Virus genome (UHGV): UHGV-1451962
Strand: one strand, 5' to 3'
DNA: 64,000 bases
Source of the DNA: a virus
In this document: positions 59,403-64,000 of the stretch, one piece after another
How the letters are laid out: each line of letters opens with the position of its first letter
How positions within the stretch are numbered: the stretch's first letter is position 1
Position numbers and translations under genes: made by a program
Notes under the pieces: generated by a model
Database searches by the model: none
Told to the model about the DNA's origin: nothing
The model's input: the letters and a program-made list of their open reading frames with translations, nothing else

Positions 59403-60051
59403 ATTTTAATTCTATGGCTTTAATTTCCTTATAATTTTTAGCAGTATAAATTTGTGTTTTATATTGTTGCATTTTTTTATAATAAGGATAAACAAAATCA
59501 GAAATAGCTAAAGCTAAAGCAGTCAAATTTTCAACTGTCCAAGATGTACATTCTTCTTGGCGAGCATGCCATTCTAATCTAGGATTCTCTGCTCCAGCCT
59601 GAACTGCCATAGAATATTGATTCATATTTAGGCTAATTTCTGATTGATCTTCTTCTGTAACTCCATATTGCTTTCCATCAATCCAAGTCAAAGGATTATT
59701 AATGAGGAAATTAGCGAAAGCTTTTTTATTTTCTTCTTGTTTCATTTTTTGATATTCTTCTAAAGAATAGTAATATGTTAATTCATTTTTTTCATTATCA
59801 TATTTATAAAAATTAGGTTCATAATCTTCTGGAATATTACCATCAAAAGATAAGATTCTTACTGCATCAATAGAACCTGTCATATCTGAATTAGCCAAAA
59901 TGAAATGGCTATTGCAATCTGAGCCTATTACTCCTGTAGCTTCACCTTCCGAGCAAGCAATGACAATACTTGGGTTGGATTGTAATTTGATGTAGCGGAT
60001 TTCCGCAAGGATATCGACTACTATATTTTCTCTATTGATTAATAAATACAT
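59392..60051 (-). CDS. hypothetical protein downstream of the DGR reverse transcriptase
   Basis: 219-aa ORF whose start overlaps the RT stop. Confidence 0.4.
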   Translation of the reverse strand: MYLLINRENIVVDILAEIRYIKLQSNPSIVIACSEGEATGVIGSDCNSHFILANSDMTGSIDAVRILSFDGNIPEDYEPNFYKYDNEKNELTYYYSLEEYQKMKQEENKKAFANFLINNPLTWIDGKQYGVTEEDQSEISLNMNQYSMAVQAGAENPRLEWHARQEECTSWTVENLTALALAISDFVYPYYKKMQQYKTQIYTAKNYKEIKAIELKYEN

Positions 60052-61307
60052 TATAATATTTCAACTCCTTTAAATAATGAATGGAAATAATTATCAAGAT
60101 TTTGTATAATATAAAAAGTAGTACCTTTATTTATATGTTCTCTAAAACCTCGATATGATTCTTGAATTTCTATATCAGTTATTTTACCTTGTAGCCAAAG
60201 TTGGTGCATTTTTCTCATTTTTCTATATTGTCGCTTTATTTTCTTTTTAAATGGAGTTTGAATAATTTTATTCGTATTAGTTAAATAAAAATCCCATTTT
60301 AAATATTTAAATGGATTATGTTTATCCGAACGTCTTTTATGAGGATAATTATTTTTATCTAGTTTTATTGGACTAATTTTAATTATTTTAGTTTTTCTTT
60401 TGTTACATTTTAAATGTATTTTATTTAATTCATTTTCAATTTTATTAAGACATTCTTTTAAATAATCTTTGTCATTATGCAAAATATAAATATCGTCCAT
60501 ATAACGTCCATAATATTTTAAATGCAAATGCTCTTTTGCATAATGGTCAATTCCATTTAATGCCAATAAAGCTAATAATTGAGATGCTTGACTACCTAAA
60601 CCTAAACTTTTATGATTAAATTCATAATAAGTACAATTTTTATAAAATTGTTTAGGATAAATTATCTTATATTTTTGTTTTTTGATGATATAGTATTGTT
60701 TATTAGGAATAGGAACTGTATCTTTTGTGACTGAAAAACAAAAGGTATCAATAATATAATCAATTAATTTAAATACTCGTTTTTCTTTAATATAATGTTT
60801 TGCCATTTGCTTTAAAGAATTATGGTCTATTGAATCAAAAAATTTTTGAATATCAATTCTTAAACCATAAAAAGATTTTCCTAAACCATATGTTCTGTGC
60901 GCTGCTTGTAAATGTTTACGCACTTCTAGCAAAGCAAAATCAATTCCTTTTCCTTTTAATGTAGCACAATTATCATAAATAAATTTTGGAGTTAGTTCTG
61001 GAATAAGAACTTGCGAACATAATGTATTTTGTGCCAATCTGTCATAAATATGGCACGCTCTTATATCTCTGGGTTTGCCCCGCTCAATTATACTAAAACT
61101 GTTAAAAACTAATTGTTCATAACTGTCATTTTCTAATTGTTCTTTAAGCGTTAAGATGTTATTTAATCTATTTTCTTCAAAATTAACTGTACTATCTTTC
61201 CATCTTACGTTTCGGCAAATAGAATAAGAAGAATCATAAAAAGCGTCAAAATTACAAAAACGCTGGAAAAGATTTTCTTCTATAAAAAATTCTCCTTTTT
61301 TTATCAT
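60051..61307 (-). CDS. DGR reverse transcriptase
   Basis: RT motif 5 'YGRYMDD' and 'LGLGSQ' (SQ motif typical of DGR RTs); sits next to TR/VR repeats showing adenine-specific mismatches. Confidence 0.85.
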   Translation of the reverse strand: MIKKGEFFIEENLFQRFCNFDAFYDSSYSICRNVRWKDSTVNFEENRLNNILTLKEQLENDSYEQLVFNSFSIIERGKPRDIRACHIYDRLAQNTLCSQVLIPELTPKFIYDNCATLKGKGIDFALLEVRKHLQAAHRTYGLGKSFYGLRIDIQKFFDSIDHNSLKQMAKHYIKEKRVFKLIDYIIDTFCFSVTKDTVPIPNKQYYIIKKQKYKIIYPKQFYKNCTYYEFNHKSLGLGSQASQLLALLALNGIDHYAKEHLHLKYYGRYMDDIYILHNDKDYLKECLNKIENELNKIHLKCNKRKTKIIKISPIKLDKNNYPHKRRSDKHNPFKYLKWDFYLTNTNKIIQTPFKKKIKRQYRKMRKMHQLWLQGKITDIEIQESYRGFREHINKGTTFYIIQNLDNYFHSLFKGVEIL

Positions 61308-61584
61308 GCGGTGCTAGATTGTGTGCTCTGACACGCACATCCGCAATCTTAATTAATTATCTGTATAGATAAAAGGTTAAATTCTCCTTAAATGAAAGCT
61401 ATCTATTATAATCTAAGTCTTTTATTTAATATTTCCTCTCCTTCTTGGTTTTAAAACCAATGCGTCCAGAAAATACCAAAATAGATGAGTTATAACATAG
61501 GTTATAATTTTCTGGGGTAACACTTAGTCGTCTCAGTCGATGTCGCCTGCGGCTCCATCACCAGAGACAGTTAGAGTTCTCATC

Positions 61585-61693
61585 TAATCGGGCGCGAGGT
61601 AATTGTTGTTGTTGTAGTTGGTATTGTTCGCATTACCATCAGAGTTGACATTGCACACATTGTTCGTGTTGTTCGAGTTGTAGTAGCGAGACC
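61585..61693 (-). repeat. DGR template repeat (TR)
   Basis: aligns to 62383-62491 at constant offset 798; in coding (minus) sense it reads GSRYYNSNNTNNVCNVNSDGNANNTNYNNNNYLAP, with 17 AAC/AAT codons. Confidence 0.85.
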
Positions 61694-61726
61694 CGCGATA
61701 TTTTAGAATTTAACCAAATAAAAAAA

Positions 61727-62191
61727 TTATTTGTATCGCTGAGAATAAATTAGATTATCTCTATTTATTCTATCAAGAAGATTTTGTTTTAATTTGTAAG
61801 TAAGTTTAGCAACATATTTGAAAGATTTATTTTTCTTTTTATTATTTAACCCATATTCATAAATACATAAATCTAATTGCCTTAAAATTGAATCACAATA
61901 TCTTATTGATTTATTAAAGTAATCTGCTCTTTCAACTAAAGTTTTTTTATTTTTTAGATTGATTAAACTAGCAGAGAAAGCATATCCATGTGCGTTTTTG
62001 GCACATTTTAAAATATCTGCACCAAAAGCTGAATAATAGTATGGATTACCAAGAATACCTGGTTTAATATGAGAACCATCATCTAATTCTTGATATGGAC
62101 GAACTAAAATTAATACTTGATGGACTAACTTTCTTGCATCATTTAAATAATCATTTTTAGATTGATGCCTATCTTTTTTTCTTACTGACAA
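61727..62191 (-). CDS. avd: DGR accessory protein (Avd-like) candidate
   Basis: 154-aa basic protein between target gene and TR (canonical avd position); TTG start preceded by strong RBS 'aaaggagg'; assignment by position, not motif. Confidence 0.45.
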   Translation of the reverse strand: MSVRKKDRHQSKNDYLNDARKLVHQVLILVRPYQELDDGSHIKPGILGNPYYYSAFGADILKCAKNAHGYAFSASLINLKNKKTLVERADYFNKSIRYCDSILRQLDLCIYEYGLNNKKKNKSFKYVAKLTYKLKQNLLDRINRDNLIYSQRYK

Positions 62192-62315
62192 ATTAAAAAC
62201 CTCCTTTAAATAACGTACAAGAAATATTATACCAGAAAATTTTTAAAAAGTCAAAGAAAAAAAATTTTTAGAAAAAATTTTTTTCCCAGAAAAGGTGAAA
62301 GCATTTTTATACTAT

Positions 62316-62341
62316 GGCATTGGCCCTTTTGGGCCAATGCC
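62316..62341 (-). other. perfect hairpin 41 bp downstream of VR
   Basis: 11-bp stem ggcattggccc/gggccaatgcc, 4-nt loop. Confidence 0.7.
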
Positions 62342-62369
62342 AATATAACCTTACTGTATAACTTTACAG

Positions 62370-63998
62370 TTATCCAATAACGAAAGCGGGCGCGAGGTAA
62401 CGGTAGTTGGCGTAGTAGGTAAAGTCCGCACCACCATCAGAGTCGACACGGCACACATAGCCCGTGTAGTCCGAGTAGTAGTTGCGAGACCGCTCCCAAT
62501 ACCATTTGGAATCTCCTGAACTGTTACCATTAGCATCTTGAATGTTTTTTATACGGGAGCTGTCACTTGTGTAATAATCATAAGCAGCATTATATCCTTT
62601 AGTACATTCTGCATTGGAAACAGTAGAATTAGCAGTGCTGATTGGAGAATAACTATCTAATCCCATTTCTCTCTCAGAAGGAATCCAAACAGTTTCGTTA
62701 TTATAACTAACATTAGCACTTCTATTATCATCCCAATTATCGCAAGTACCTTTAGATACTGTTTTTATAGATGCTTTAGCAGCACAAGCATTATAAAAAT
62801 TTTGACAATAACTTCTAGCATTAGAACCAATCCATTGTGCGCTATTATCACCAAAAGTAGTCATATTCGGCAAGAGATAAACACTATGAAAAGCTAAAGT
62901 TTTATCTCCATCTTTGTCATAGCCAATACAACGCATTGTAACAGCATTTGCTCCTAAAACATTAGTAGATAAATTCATCTTTTTAGTTTTACCAACTAAA
63001 GCTTGACGTTCTGAAGCAGAAGAATTGTTAAGCCAAGACTTTAAGCCAGCCCACCAAGAAGCATCTCCCGCAGCACTCTCATTTCCCCAAGTCCAATATG
63101 TAGCAGTAGCAGTAATTTTTTTATTCGCGGGAGTTGTATAATTGGTACTGGCTGCTATTGATACAGTAATAGTAGCAGTTCCCGCGGTTGTACCATTGCC
63201 TTTAATGGTAATTGTTTTACCGCTTACTGTTGCTGAAGCCACATTAGAATTAGTAGAAGTTACAGAAATTGTACCAGTAGAATTAGTGGTCACAGTAACT
63301 TTTACACCAGTAGAATAATTAGATGCGTCAATAGAAACAGTAGAAGTGCTTAGACTTAATGTTCCTGTTGCTTTTTGAATAGACCAATCAACATTTTTCG
63401 CGGTTGTTGTCTTATCAGGCCATCTGTAATTATTTTTAGGAGTAAAAGTAGCTGTATATTTTCCTGCATTAATTCCCGATGTAGTTCCTCCAATAGTCAT
63501 GTAACTTGTATTATAATTTGACCAATTTGGACTTTGCGAATTGGCGTTATAAGTTAAAGTTCCAGTTTGAGAAGGAATAGGAACTGTTTTTCTTTCTACT
63601 GTTACAGAAAAAGTAGTAGTTTTAGTAATACTATTTTCTGTATAAGAAACAGTAATTGTTTGAGTACCAACTGTATTTAAAACAGAAGGTGAAGTTGTCC
63701 AACCAGAAACAGTAGCGGTTTTACCATCAGAATAAGTGGCAGTAACAGACATTCCGGCAGATTCAAATGTCTCGCCATATTCATAAATTGTCTTAGTTGG
63801 TTTTGTGCTTGTGATGCTGGTTAGTGCATGGATAACAGTAACTGCTTGCTCGGCGGTACAAGTAACTCCTCCTTCAGAGTAAGTAATAGTAACTTTAGTT
63901 ACTCCATCAGTTAAAGGAGAAGGTGTTACAGTATATCCAGTTACCGCAGTAGAAGAAACAACAATATTATCAATGGCATAATTGGCAGTTATAACCAT
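62370..63998 (-). CDS. DGR target (variable) protein with Ig-like repeats; N-terminus probably beyond the window
   Basis: Big_2-like segments (e.g. 'GTISVTSTNSNVASATVSGKTITIKGNGTTAGTATITVSIAAS'); C-terminal 40 residues encoded by VR; stop TAA is complement of 62370-62372. Confidence 0.8.
   Translation of the reverse strand: MVITANYAIDNIVVSSTAVTGYTVTPSPLTDGVTKVTITYSEGGVTCTAEQAVTVIHALTSITSTKPTKTIYEYGETFESAGMSVTATYSDGKTATVSGWTTSPSVLNTVGTQTITVSYTENSITKTTTFSVTVERKTVPIPSQTGTLTYNANSQSPNWSNYNTSYMTIGGTTSGINAGKYTATFTPKNNYRWPDKTTTAKNVDWSIQKATGTLSLSTSTVSIDASNYSTGVKVTVTTNSTGTISVTSTNSNVASATVSGKTITIKGNGTTAGTATITVSIAASTNYTTPANKKITATATYWTWGNESAAGDASWWAGLKSWLNNSSASERQALVGKTKKMNLSTNVLGANAVTMRCIGYDKDGDKTLAFHSVYLLPNMTTFGDNSAQWIGSNARSYCQNFYNACAAKASIKTVSKGTCDNWDDNRSANVSYNNETVWIPSEREMGLDSYSPISTANSTVSNAECTKGYNAAYDYYTSDSSRIKNIQDANGNSSGDSKWYWERSRNYYSDYTGYVCRVDSDGGADFTYYANYRYLAPAFVIG
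62383..62491 (-). repeat. DGR variable repeat (VR) at the 3' end of the target gene
   Basis: 109-bp match to TR with 23 mismatches, 22 at TR adenines (coding sense); encodes '...SRNYYSDYTGYVCRVDSDGGADFTYYANYRYLAP' followed by 'AFVIG' and the stop. Confidence 0.85.
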
Positions 63999-64000
63999 TC

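Noticed and set aside
1-64000. tRNA genes, integrase and attachment sites
   Set aside because: No sequence with the conserved T-loop signature (GGTTCGAAT-like) or cloverleaf-sized GC-rich segment was found outside the intron-like and DGR regions, and no tyrosine or serine recombinase-like ORF was recognised, so integration status cannot be called from this window.

Overview
AT-rich tailed-phage (or prophage) genome segment with low-GC Gram-positive-style signals (TTGACA-N17-TATAAT promoters, AAGGAGG-type RBS, AbrB-like regulators). No integrase, att site, tRNA or CRISPR array was seen. Three transcriptional blocks: (1) ~0.3-18.7 kb, minus strand: many small early/accessory genes, most with their own near-consensus promoter+RBS cassette, including two AbrB-like regulators, a DnaQ-like exonuclease, a HAD-like phosphatase, a P-loop NTPase, a SleB-like cell-wall hydrolase and a ClpP-like protease. 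(2) 18.8-58.9 kb, plus strand: packaging and morphogenesis module, with a large-terminase gene apparently split by ~2.2 kb of intron-like sequence carrying HNH and GIY-YIG homing endonuclease genes, then portal, scaffold-like, capsid, connector, tail, a 2871-aa tape-measure-like protein and large tail/fibre proteins. (3) 58.9-64 kb, minus strand: a complete diversity-generating retroelement (DGR) in the order target(VR)-avd-TR-RT. The template and variable repeats align over 109 bp with 23 mismatches, 22 of them at template adenines; this is the strongest finding. Other notable observations: a 74-bp perfect inverted repeat around a 131-bp spacer, a candidate -1 frameshift extension of a tail gene, plus-strand promoter/GC-hairpin elements inside the minus-strand early region, and a GC-richer early block. 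All functional calls are from motif recognition by eye; no database search was run, and structural-module assignments rest largely on gene order and size.
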